Source of the DNA: Raja brachyura
Lineage: Eukaryota
Direction of reading: 5' to 3'
Assembly: GCA_963514005.1 (NCBI GenBank)
Contig: OY740814.1
Location: forward strand, 14,508,001 to 14,572,000
Length of the DNA stretch: 64,000 nucleotides
Below are positions 12,173 through 22,285 of this stretch, piece by piece; positions within the stretch are counted from its first letter, which is position 1, and every line of letters begins with the position of its first letter. The position numbers and the translations under genes were made by a program. The notes beneath the pieces were generated by a model. The model saw nothing but the letters and a program-made list of their open reading frames with translations. It was not told the DNA's origin and searched no databases.

Positions 12173-12696
12173 ATGTGTAGATCGTACTTAGGCTGGCTTA
12201 CATTAATTTTAGTATCTGTGCGGAGTAGGAAGAACTGTGAAAGAGAAAATTGACATGGAGAATTATAAATCGATTATTCCCTCTTCTGTGCCCTGAAGAT
12301 TTGCAGAATTGCAAATAGGGTTGCTTTGTTATCTATATTACTAAAAGTCTGATCTTGACCACTACATGTTGTTCTGTATATTGATTTTAGAAAAAAAAGC
12401 TGCCACTTACGGTTGTGATTTTACTCAGAGTCCCCCTCCGCTGCGCAGGACAAGAGGATTTTTCCCATCGATGAAAAATAAAAGTGTTTAAAAAATGTTG
12501 AGATTCTCTCTCCTGAAAGCCACGGTGGGACTATAAAACCCGGAAATGTTGAGTGCCTCAGTCAGTCTCTGCAAGATGGGGGAGCGTAAAATTCACGTCT
12601 CTCAGTCTGAGCTGTGAATAACACTGAACACATGTCTACTAAACTGTGAGTGGTTTTACTGACCTGTCAGTGCCCTTAATGTGTTTTGAAAATATA

Positions 12697-12879
12697 GTTT
12701 GGAAATGCTAAAGCTGTGTTGCCTTTGGTTTGGAAATGCTAAAGCTGTGTTGCCTTTGGTTTGGAAATGCTAAAGCTGTGTTGCCTTTGGTTTGGAAATG
12801 CTAAAGCTGTGTTGCCTTTGGTTTGGAAATGCAAAAACTGTGTTGTCTTTCGTTTGGAAATGCTAAAGCTGTGTTGCCT
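12697..12879 (+). repeat. 31-bp minisatellite, 6 copies, inside the Helitron
   Basis: Unit GTTTGGAAATGCTAAAGCTGTGTTGCCTTTG starts at 12697, 12728, 12759, 12790, 12821 and 12852, with no spacers. Confidence 0.95.
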
Positions 12880-13260
12880 AATTAAAGCTGCCTTGCCTAA
12901 TTAAAGTTGCCTTGTCTTGTTAAAGTTGCCTTGCCTTCTATATAATTAAAAGTCTAATCTTGACCACTTCCTGTTTGCGCTTTGTATTGATTTTAGAAAA
13001 AACACTACCACGTACGGCTGTGATTTTTGGCCATCTTACTCGGAGTCCTCCTCCGCTCATCATGTGCCGAGGACCTTTCCCATTGGTGAAAAATAAAAGA
13101 GTTATTAGTGTTTAAAAAATGTTGAGATTCCCTCTCATGTCAATCACGCCATGGCCACGTCCCTTCTGGTGGGGGGGGGAGGGACTTAAAACCCAAAAGT
13201 GTGGGTGTGGCTCACTCGCTGCAAGATGGAGGAGGGAGAGGTCACGACTCGCTGTCTTTA

Positions 13261-13385
13261 GTGGCCTTGCGCCCTGCTTGAAATGGTATGAAACCGCACT
13301 TGAATTTGGTGGCCTTGCACCCTGCTTGAAGTGGTAAGAACCTGCACTTGAATTTGGTGGCCTTGCACCCTGCTTGAAATGGAAT
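13261..13385 (+). repeat. ~48-bp tandem repeat, about 2.5 copies, inside the Helitron
   Basis: Repeated GTGGCCTTGCACCCTGCTTGAA.TGGTA..AACC.GCACTTGAATTTG. Confidence 0.9.
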
Positions 13386-13924
13386 TTCAAGGAATAGCCG
13401 TGAGTCAACTGCCAGCCCACCAGCCATGAGTGAGTGAGCTGCCAGCCCAAGAATCCATTCCACCCACAATGTCCATACTAGCCCTCTGGAAACCAGTCCC
13501 TTCAGCCCACAACATCCATACTAGTGTCCAGAAAGCCCCCCCTCCCCCCCACCCCACTGGCCACCAATATTGGAATTGAGGTGGAATATTGCTTTGGGGG
13601 ACCAGCCCTCCCGTGTGATGCTGGGACCCAATGGGTCCCACTTAGTCTAGTCTTCTAATATTAATTCTTCAACTCACTTCCTACTGACTGCTTTGAATTT
13701 GGCTTTTTACATTTGCAAGCCAGTGAACTACAAACCAATCAGCCTAACAGTTATCCAAAAGTTACTGAAGGGGTTTCTGGGAGACAAGATTGATCTGCAT
13801 GTAGAAAGGTAACAAATGAATGGGGACAGTCGGCAGGCATTTGTGCGTGGGAAACCTTGTCTCACAAATGTATTTGAATTTTTTGAAGAGGCGACCAAGA
13901 GGATTGATGAGGACAGGTTTATTT

Positions 13925-14530
13925 ATACGATACGATATGATACGATAAAACTTTATTCATCCCTGGAGGTACACGAAAAACTTGAAAATAAAAGTGAAAA
14001 CAAAACGAAAAGACAAGCGACTGTTGGCTGGCTGCTGTGTGTACTGCGCTTTCACAAGAACAAATAGACAGACAAGCAACCAAACACAGACTTATCACCT
14101 GGGCAAAGGATTCTAAACCAGAGTGCCCAACACCCCTCCCCTGCACCGGATCCCCATTTATTCTCCCACCGTCCCTCACAGCGGGACCCCACACCGGATC
14201 CCCATTGTTCTTCACAGCGGTCCCCCCACGCTGGGATCCCATTGTCTACCCCTCCCCCCTCACGCTCATCGACTCCCATTGTTGCTGAGGCCCCACCATC
14301 GCCGGGGCTCCTGTTGCCGTCAAGGTTCACTCTGTCGCCGAGGCACCCTCTGCCACTGCCGAGGCTCCCATCGTTGTCTCTGCTGAGGCTCGTCGGCCCA
14401 GGCAGGCTTCGCCACCCTGCTTCTCTGCAGTCCCCCGGGAGGCCTGTGGGGCGAGTTGGGCCTACCAGGTCATGTTTCAGTTGGTGCCACGGCGACCCGG
14501 GACACTGGCCACGCGTGCGGCTCCTGGGAC
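13925..14530 (-). mobile_element. GC-rich non-autonomous retroelement with AATAAA + (ATCGT)n tail, copy 1
   Basis: The minus strand ends GGGATGAATAAAGTTTTATCGTATCATATCGTATCGTA. The body is homologous to 34522-34940. Confidence 0.65.
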
Positions 14531-14919
14531 ACCGCACGTCATATATCATATGTGGCTAAGGGGATCAGAGGGTATGGAGAGAAGGCAGGTACAGGATACT
14601 GAGTTGGATGATCAGCCATGATCATATTGAATGGCGGTGCTGGCTCGAAGGGCTGAATGGCCTACTCCTGCACCTAATTTCTATGTTTCTATATATATTG
14701 ATGATTTGGATGAGAATGTAGGTGGCATGCTTACCAGGTTTGTGGATCACAGCAAAAGTGGTGGTATGGTGAACAGTGTAGAAGGTTGTCTGAGGTTACA
14801 ACAAAATCTAGTTCAACTGGGAAACTGGGCAAGGAATAGCAGATAGAATTTAACTCAGACAACTGCAAAGTGATGCATTTTAGGACGTTAAACCAGGGGA
14901 GGACGTACACAGAGAATTG

Positions 14920-15210
14920 AATGATTGAAAGATACAGCATGGAAACAGGCCCTTGACCTCAATCACCTGTTCATACTAGTTCGACGTTATCCCACTTTTG
15001 CATCCACCTGGGGCTACACACGAGGGGCAATTTGCAGGATCTAATTAACCTAATAAAAACTTTGGATAGGGGAGGAAACCAGAGCACCTGGAGGAAACCC
15101 ACATGGTCACAGGGCAAACTCCACACTGACAGAACTGAAGGTCAGGATCAAACCTGGATCTCTGGCTCTGCAAGGCAGTGGTTCTATCAACTGCACACTG
15201 TGCTACCCCA
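14920..15210 (-). mobile_element. HE1-like tRNA-derived V-SINE
   Basis: The minus strand has a tRNA-like head (GGTAGCACAGTG...CAGGTTTGATCCTG), a V-domain (CCATGTGGGTTTCCTCCAGGTGCTCTGGTTTCCTCCC) and a CR1-type tail. Confidence 0.85.
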
Positions 15211-15499
15211 CACAGCAGGCCGTGTGGTGTGTTGCAGAGCTGAGAGACCTGGGGTACTAGTCCATAGTTCCCTAAAGGTGGCAACTCGGGTAGTCAATGT
15301 GGTAAAGAGGGCATATGGCATGCTTGCCTTCATCAGATGGGACAATGAGTACACAATTGGGATGTCATATTACAGCTGTGGAAAACATTAGTGAGACCGC
15401 ACCTGGAAGTACAGTTCTGGTTGCCACACTACAGAAAGGATATGATTAAGCTAGAGGGTGCAGAAAAGATTCAAAAGGATGTTGCCAAGACTGGGCTGC

Positions 15500-15830
15500 A
15501 GAACTGCTTCAGTGCTGCCCCTCCGACATTATGGCAGTCCTGCAGCAGTGGTCATTTTGTGGGCTGGCACTTCCTCAGCACTGTTCCTCCCACTGTGCTG
15601 AGTTCCCTCAGCACTGCCACTACAGCAATGCAGCACTCGCTCAGTACTGTCCATTTCACATTACATAACCTTCTTCAGTACTGGTCCTCTGACAATATAA
15701 TCCTCTCTCACTCCAGCCCTCTCTCAGCTTTTCCCCCTTGCAATGTTATATTTCCCCAGTACTGTTCCTCCAACAGTACTATGCTCCCTCAACAGAGCCT
15801 TCTGCCAGACTGCTCCTCAAACAGCAGCAG
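15500..15830. repeat. Degenerate ~32-bp tandem repeat (CAGCACTG..CCTCC.ACAGTG..CACTCCCT)
   Basis: Recurrent CTCAGCACTG / CTCAGTACTG and CCTC..ACA motifs at about 32-bp spacing. Confidence 0.55.
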
Positions 15831-16390
15831 TCCTTGGGACTGGCCAAATGTTGTGCCTTCCACCACAGTGATGAATGCTGTGGTGGATGTTTGTGTTAAA
15901 AAAATTGTATTGTGTTTTTGTGTGTTCTTTCTCATTGTACCGCTGCTGGCAAATTAATTTCACTTGCACTTCACTTTCACTTGCAATCCCTGGCATGGGA
16001 TTGAACCTACAAACACCTGCCTCAGATGCAAGAACACTGAGATAGATGTTGTTGAAAAGACAGTCAGGCATTAATTCTCCTGAATGCTTTGACCTCTTGA
16101 ACTGAATTTGCAGCCAACCTTGTATTTACGCTGATATCCTCCACGCCTGACTAACTGACAGCACCCTCTGCAGGCACGCATTAGCTCTACAGGGCTGTCA
16201 ATGTTTTCTGTCGAATTCCTGCCAACTTCCTCTTTGAAAGCCATTATTTGATCTGCTTATATTACCCCTTTTGTTACTGAATTCCCTATCACGATCACTT
16301 GTTTCAGTAAAGGTTTTTCCAGATGAATTTGAGATTTTTGAGATTATAGAAAATGAGGGTCATCAGAAATTAGAACAAATTACTTGTGGT

Positions 16391-16536
16391 TAGATAAAAA
16401 ATGCTGGAGAAACTCAGCGGGTGAGGCAGTATCTATGGTGCGAAGGAATAGCTCCAGAGATGCTGCCTCACCCGCTGAGTTTCTCCAGCATTTTTATCTG
16501 CCTTAGATTTTTCCAGCATCTGCAGTTTCTTGTTTA
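16391..16536. mobile_element. Hairpin-forming inverted Penelope-terminal-repeat insertion with a perfect 14-bp TSD
   Basis: TSD AAATTACTTGTGGT at 16377-16390 and 16537-16550. A ~47-bp inverted repeat spans 16391-16438 and 16454-16500. Confidence 0.85.
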
Positions 16537-16675
16537 AAATTACTTGTGGTAATTATTTCACATTCTCTGCAGAAAAAAATGTATATTCATGAATAAACTG
16601 AAAATTATTTAATATATATAAACATACAGGATTAATGCACGAAGGTTACGCTGAGCAAAATGATCAGTAATAACC

Positions 16676-17041
16676 AGAACTGCAGATGCTGCTTTACAAT
16701 AAAGGGCTAGAATAACTCAGCAGATCAGGCAGTATCTCTGGTGATCATGGACAGGTGACATTTTCATTCAGGATTCTTCTTCAGACTTATTGTAGGTTGG
16801 GGGAATGGGGAGGGGTGGGTGAAAGCAGCTGGAAGAGGCAGGACAAAGCCTGGCAGGTAATACGTTAGAGGATTTTAGATAGGCAGATAGTTGGACAAAG
16901 GCCAGAGATGAAAAGTTAGAAGATGTGAAACAAAGGGATTGAAAAGTTGTATATTGTGACGCTAGAGAAAGGGGAGGGTGGAAGGGGGGTTAGGGGAGGG
17001 TGGATGGGGAAGGGCAGAGGTGTGGGGGAGAGGAAGGGGGA
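16676..17041 (-). mobile_element. Degenerate Penelope terminal region
   Basis: GAACTGCAGATGCTG...AACTCAGCAGATCAGGCAGTATCTCTGG...TTCTTCAGAC followed by a purine-rich PLE 3' region. Confidence 0.7.
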
Positions 17042-17177
17042 NNNNNNNNNNNNNNNNNNNNNNNNNNNNNNNNNNNNNNNNNNNNNNNNNNNNNNNNNNN
17101 NNNNNNNNNNNNNNNNNNNNNNNNNNNNNNNNNNNNNNNNNNNNNNNNNNNNNNNNNNNNNNNNNNNNNNNNNNNNN
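17042..17177. other. Assembly gap (N run)
   Basis: Run of N. Confidence 0.99.
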
Positions 17178-17891
17178 ATGCAACCGTGTGTCACAAACGC
17201 TGTCAGCAGCTCTATGGAATTCAGGGAAGGAGCCTATCGCGTCACACACACACACACAGTGGGTCCGATCTAAGCTGTCAATGAAGACTGTCTAAAAAAC
17301 TGTCTTTGAAATTAAAAGTTATTGTTAAGAATTAGAAATAATTAAATTAAATTAAATGAAAAACAATGGAATCAACAACCTGGCAGGCTGGGGGGGCGGG
17401 GCCGAGCGGGGCCAAGAGGCAGGTGGGGGGGGGGCAGTGCCAGGAGACAGTTGGCCCAGGTGCAAAGGCATTGTGAGGTCAGCAGCTGTGCAACCTAAAT
17501 ATTTTTTTAAAATATCAGTTTGGTTATAAATTTTAGTAAATATTTCGGGAAATAATTGACCAAATGTATAGAGGATTGGATTTTTGAAATCATAAGGAAA
17601 ATTTCTATCAGAAGATGTAACAATTTCACTGTTATTGTAACGTCAGCAGCTGGGCAGCAGTCAGATTTTAAAAAAGGTCAGATCGGTCAACAATTTTAAT
17701 TAAAAAGTCAGGAAAATAATGTACCAAATGTACAGAGGAGTGGATTTCTAAAATCACAAAGAAAATCTCTACTGAAATATGTGAACATTTTCTCGTTTCG
17801 GCGTCTGGTTTTCGAGGAAATACGTTTCAAAGGCAAAATGATACACACTCACACACACACACGCACAGTTTTAAAAGTATATATAGATAGA
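17178..17891 (-). mobile_element. Probable non-autonomous Helitron (5' part; 3' end in or beyond the gap)
   Basis: The minus strand starts A|TCTATCTATATATACTTTTAAAAC followed by a (TG)n microsatellite, which is typical of Helitron-N 5' ends. There is an internal ~160-bp imperfect duplication (17478-17635 vs 17642-17795). Confidence 0.6.
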
Positions 17892-18285
17892 TCTGATGCC
17901 ACCCGCACAGTCCTCTCAAAATGAATGCCAACATTTATTTGCCTTCTTTACTACCAATCCAAATTGCAAATTAACCTTTTGGGAATCCTGCACCAGTACT
18001 CCCAAGTCCCTTTGCACCTCCTAATGTTTAATCCTCTCCCCACTTAGAAAATAGTCTACACCCTTATACCTACTACCAAAGTGCATGACCACACACTTTG
18101 CTACTCGGCATTCCATCTTCCATTCTTTGCAAACTCTCTCAACCTGTCCAAGTCCTTCTGCTTCCTCGACACTATTTTCCCCTATGTAATGCAGGCAAAT
18201 GGGAGTTGTGTAGATGGATTAAAAAGTTAGCATGGCCATGATGGGCTAAAGGGCCCATTTCTATGCAGTACAAATCTATGACTGT
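17892..18285. mobile_element. CR1 fragments (minus, then a plus-strand 3' tail)
   Basis: ATGCCAACATT..TTTGCCTTCTTTACTACC...ACCAAAGTGCATGACC resembles 62795-62960. A 3' tail GGGCTAAAGGGCCC..CTATGAC follows. Confidence 0.7.
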
Positions 18286-18954
18286 TTATGAATTAGCATT
18301 ATAGGCCATTTCATTTACAATTAAGGATTAAAGGTAAAGAGTAGGTAAATAGATTGGATAAAGAGATAATGGAGAAAGAGTAGGATTTAAAAAAATTATA
18401 CTAATTTCCAACAGATTCCAACAATGCAAAATATGCTTGAATACCAGAGAGCAGATTTTTCAATAACTTATTTCTGATGAGTATAGCAAACCTTTAATTT
18501 CATTGCTGGCGCAACAGGTTCTGGTGTTGGAGCACACTTAGACCTGAAACTCTGTGATTTAAGGGCATATTTTACCAAATATCAATATACAGTGAATACT
18601 GGCAGTTTCATTACAATTTCAATGCTATTGATCACAACAAGAGGTTGTTCAATTAATTTAAAATCCATTATAGTTATCCATTCAACTCAGGCAATTGCCA
18701 TTAAAACCTATAAAGAGGTTACAGCATTGAGATCTTATCCTTCAAAGCAAATTGCTTTTCTCTTCATCAGTAGGTTTCAATGAGCAATAAATAATTATCT
18801 AAGGCAAACCACGATATACGTCAATTAGATGTGGCTCATTGGACCCAAGTTAAGAGGGGCTGAATGGACTTTTAAACTGCTGTGGTCTCCATCTGATCGG
18901 ATTTACAACTGTGATAGTTTCGCACATGACCTCAGTGACAAAACTTCAATGAAC

Positions 18955-19240
18955 GGTAGACACTAAATGTTGGAGTAACTCAGCGGGACAGATAGCATCT
19001 TTGGAGAGAAGGAGTAGGTGAGGTTTCAGGTGGAGACCCTTCTTCAGACAGAGTCAGGGGCAAGAGGAACTGGAGAAATGGAAGGGTACAGAGAATGTAA
19101 GGTGCGAAAACGACAGATCAAAGCAGGCGGTGATCAAGGAAATGTAGAATGGTTCATTGTTGGCTGAGGGGAAGTTGACAACAAACAGTAAAATTAATCA
19201 GGAGGACATTGAAACTAGTCGGAGATGAACGGGAGATTTG
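18955..19240 (-). mobile_element. Penelope terminal region with hammerhead core
   Basis: The minus strand reads GTCTGAAGAAGGGTCTCCACCTGAAACCTCACC at 19017-19049. Confidence 0.75.
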
Positions 19241-19483
19241 GAAAGGATGCGGTCGGCAGTATGGAAGTGTAAACGTGCACAGACAGGACAGGGAAGGTGC
19301 TGGGACTCGGGGTAACGAGCAGACGACACATCTGAAGGCCTTGGTGCAGCTTTGGACCCGCCAAGAATTGTCGGAGCCAGGCTGAAGGTGCAGCTGGATT
19401 CAGGGCAGTACCAACCAAAGGGCTCCGCTCCATGATCTTTTGTACCAACAACCACAACAAGAAACAGCATGCTGGAGGAATTA

Positions 19484-19670
19484 GTGTGCAAGAAGGAACT
19501 GCAGATGCTGGTTTAAAGCGAAGATAGACACAAGAAAAGTCTCGACCCGAAACGTCACCCATTCCTTCTCTCCATTGACGCAACCTGTCCCGCGGAGTTA
19601 CTCCAGCTTTTTGTGTCGATTAAACGGGTCAGGCAGCATCTACAAAGGGAATAGAGAGGTGACGTCCCCG
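19484..19670. mobile_element. Rearranged Penelope terminal-repeat pieces just upstream of the RAB11A promoter
   Basis: GAAGGAACTGCAGATGCTGGTTTA..GAAGATAGACAC (reverse) joined to GTCTCGACCCGAAACGTCACCCATTCCTTCTCTCC (forward). Confidence 0.7.
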
Positions 19671-19689
19671 GATCGGTCTCTTGCGTCAC

Positions 19690-20280
19690 CTTGTCCACTG
19701 GATGGGCGGGGCCTCTGGCGAGGGGCGTGTGCACGGGCAAGGGGCGTGGCCTGTGGAGAGGGGCGGGGCTTCGGTCACGCCTCCGGGCACTGAGGGGCGG
19801 GGCTTGCCGGAGGGGAGGGTGCCTCCAAGACGGCGTGGGGGCGGGGCCGCCAAGACGGCGTGGGCGGGGGGCCGCACCTCCTGCCAGTCATGCTCGGGCA
19901 CCGCCGCTGGGGGCGCCAGAGGCCGCCTGCCCCCACCCAACGGTGGATGAATGATTGACAGCGTGTCTGTCCAATCCCAACTCGCGCCTCGACCACTGGA
20001 GTCCCTCCCCATCCTGACAATGACGTAAGAATATCGCCCAATTTCAAAAGCTGATCGATGAAACTTGCTCTCCTCCACCAGTGACAGAGTCTGAAGGGAT
20101 TTGGTAATATTCCCAATTAAACGAAATAGGAATCGCGTAAAATAATTGCAGGACTGAATCTGAAGCTTTTTTTATGAACTTTGGCCCGGAAGAGGAAGTG
20201 CAGAGTCAGTGTTCTGGTGGACTGGCGTTTGGTCGCTGTCTCCAACTTTTCCTTTAATTTTATTTTTATTACCGACAGGA
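19690..20280 (+). promoter_or_regulatory. RAB11A: RAB11A CpG-island promoter and 5' UTR
   Basis: Multiple GC boxes GGGCGG (19704, 19761, 19795, 19839, 19862), CCAAT at 19971, CRE-like TGACGTAA at 20021, and tandem ETS sites CCGGAAGAGGAAGTG at 20186-20200. No TATA box is evident. Confidence 0.8.
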
Positions 20281-20320
20281 ATGGGGACGCGGGACGACGA
20301 GTATGATTACCTGTTCAAAG
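20281..20320 (+). CDS. RAB11A: Ras-related protein Rab-11A, coding exon 1
   Basis: ATG...MGTRDDEYDYLFK followed by the donor AAG|GTGAGT; 40 nt. Confidence 0.97.
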
Positions 20321-20442
20321 GTGAGTGTCCTTCACCTCCTTCCGCGGCGGCTGGTCCCTCAGTCCCGCAGAGAGGCAACTGTGACCCGCTGCGGTGGGCG
20401 GTTTCTGCGACGCGGGCGCCTCACGCCGCGGCTGATGCCCCC

Positions 20443-20575
20443 GCCCTGGCCCTTCCTCTGGCCCCGGTCCTTCCTCTGGCGATGGCCCGGACCCTTCCTC
20501 TGGCCCCGGCCCTTCCTCTGGCTATGGCACGGACCCTTCCTCTCGCCCTTCCGTGGCCCCGGCCCTCTCCCTTCT
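20443..20575 (+). repeat. Pyrimidine-rich 18/21-bp tandem repeat in RAB11A intron 1
   Basis: Repeated CCCTTCCTCTGGC(CCCGG / GATGGCCCGGA) units. Confidence 0.85.
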
Positions 20576-21833
20576 CCAGTTGCCGTGTTCCTTGTGATAA
20601 AGGGTCGCACTGACTTTGGCTTGGAGTCTCCGTCTGCGCTGAGCCAGGACCAGGTTTATTCGATAAATTGCTTTTCCCCTCGTTGCGCCAAGGTTTCTGA
20701 CCCGACGAGATCCTTTTATAATCACATGTCTGTTTTCGCAGAAGACCTTAGGCTCTACTCTGTGAAATACAGTCTCGAAGTATTATCCTGTGTTAAAATT
20801 AGTCCCTGTTTAAAAAAAAAACTATTTGGTAGTTTAGGAATTTGATCATCTGTTTAGGCCCAGACCAATTATATGTCTACATTGTGGTGTAACATAAAGA
20901 TTATTAAACACATATGAAGCGCATAGTATTCGGATAATATGCTGAAGTGAAAAATTTAAAACTTATCTGGGGGAAAACAGAGCAGGCAATGGGTTGTTTT
21001 GGCGTTGGATGGGACGCCAGTTCACAATCCTTGTCATTGACTTGGATAAGGAGATCAGGAATAATATTCATGCTTGCCCTTAGAACAAAACTAGGTGGCA
21101 GTAGACTGCAAAGAGAATGTGGAGATGCTTTGGGGATCGAGACAAATTAAGGAAATAGGCCAGGACATGCCAGATAGAATGTAGACTAGAAAAAATGAAG
21201 TCATCCACTGTGGTAGATAAAGTAGTAGTTTTTTTTTAATTTGAGGGATTGGCAGTTGTCTGTGTTCAGAGAGCCAGAGTCTTTAACCATGAGTCACCAC
21301 ACATACAACAAGCAGTTAAGAAGGCAATGATAATCTGCTTTTGTTTCAAGGGATGATTTTAATGCAAACATGGGGATGTTTGGCTTCAGTTTTAGAGAGC
21401 CTGGAGACACTATCTGGAATACGAGTACAGGTCTGGTTTTCCTACCCACGGAGTCAGAATAGTACATCGCAGAAAGAGTCCTTGCTGCTCACCATGTCCT
21501 CAATTACCTTTCCGAACATGTACATGAATCGCATTTGTCTACACAAGGATTGGATACTTTTGTCCCTCACGTAAAAGTCTCTAAAACAAAGTAATTGTAT
21601 CTGATTGCACCACCTCCTCTGGCAGTGAGCTCCAGATATGAACCACTCTCTGTATTTAATAAAAATTTAAAAACCCTCTCTAAAGCTCCTACTTTAAACC
21701 AATGATCTCTTGTTTTTTGATTCCCCTGCAATGTCAAATTATTTTGAGTATGTTTCCTATTTAAACCGCTCATACTTCTATCAGGTCACCTCGACCTCCT
21801 TCACTCCAGGGAAAACAGACCCAGCCTATCCAA

Positions 21834-22285
21834 GACCAAGTGCAGGCTCGGCATTTGTTTCGCTGAACACCTCTGCTCAGTAAACCTACCTGATCTGCCG
21901 GTTGCTCAACACTTTAACTCCCCCTCGCATTCCCACACTGACCTTTCTGTCTGGGCTGCCTCCATTGTCAGAGTGAGGCCCAGCACAAATTAGAGGAACA
22001 GCACCTCGCATTTCGCTTGGGTAGCTTGCACCCTAGTGGTATGAACATTGACCTCTAACTTCAAGTAGCCCTTGCTTTTCCCCTCTCTCCATCCCCTTCC
22101 CAGTTCTCCTACCAGTCTTACTGTCTCTGACTGTATTTTATCTCTGTACTGCCCACATCCCTGAAGAAGGGAAGTGACTGAGATGTCACCCATTCCTCCT
22201 TTCCAGAGATGTTGCCTGTTCCGCTGAGTTACTTCAGCATTTTCTGTCTACAATTTAAACCAGCATCTGTTGTTCATTCCTGCAC
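21834..22285 (+). mobile_element. 5'-truncated Penelope-like element (GIY-YIG endonuclease C-terminus + terminal repeat) with a 15-bp TSD
   Basis: Encodes (frameshifted) TKCRLGICFAEHL..PDLPVAQHFNSPSHSHTDLSV..CQSEAQHKLEEQHL.FRLGSLHPSGMNID. TSD ACCCAGCCTATCCAA at 21819-21833 and 22286-22300. Confidence 0.88.

Larger units (their letters stand above)
12332..13650 (+). mobile_element. Non-autonomous composite Helitron
   Basis: 5' end A|TCTATATTACTAAAAG. The 3' end has the hairpin TGGGACCCA-A-TGGGTCCCA (13622-13640), then 6 nt, then CTAG|T. It is inserted between A and T with no TSD. A second internal 5' end TCTATATAATTAAAAG starts at 12937. Confidence 0.85.
13715..15490 (+). mobile_element. Nested CR1 fragments interrupted by younger insertions
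   Basis: CR1 RT pieces (FVRGKPCLTNVFEFFEE; YIDDLDE; KRAYGMLAFI; RPHLE.QFW.PHYRKD), plus a separate CR1 3' end with an ATGTTTCT tail at about 14533-14690. Confidence 0.8.

Noticed and set aside
12697-12879. CRISPR-like 31-bp repeats
   Set aside because: Head-to-tail with no unique spacers, in a eukaryotic context with no cas genes; this is a minisatellite within a Helitron.
14037-14559. Overlapping Pro/Gly/Arg-rich ORFs
   Set aside because: Stop-poor GC-rich repeat sequence; the second copy at 34.6 kb does not conserve a frame.
15391-15957. 188-aa ORF
   Set aside because: A chimera of a CR1 fragment, a degenerate tandem repeat and a LINE tail.
19575-20116. Multiple ORFs upstream of RAB11A
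   Set aside because: CpG-island/GC-box promoter sequence with no protein similarity.
20209-20613. 134-aa ORF suggesting an N-terminally extended Rab11
   Set aside because: It starts at a non-ATG codon and reads through the exon-1 donor into an intronic repeat; the real start is the ATG at 20281.
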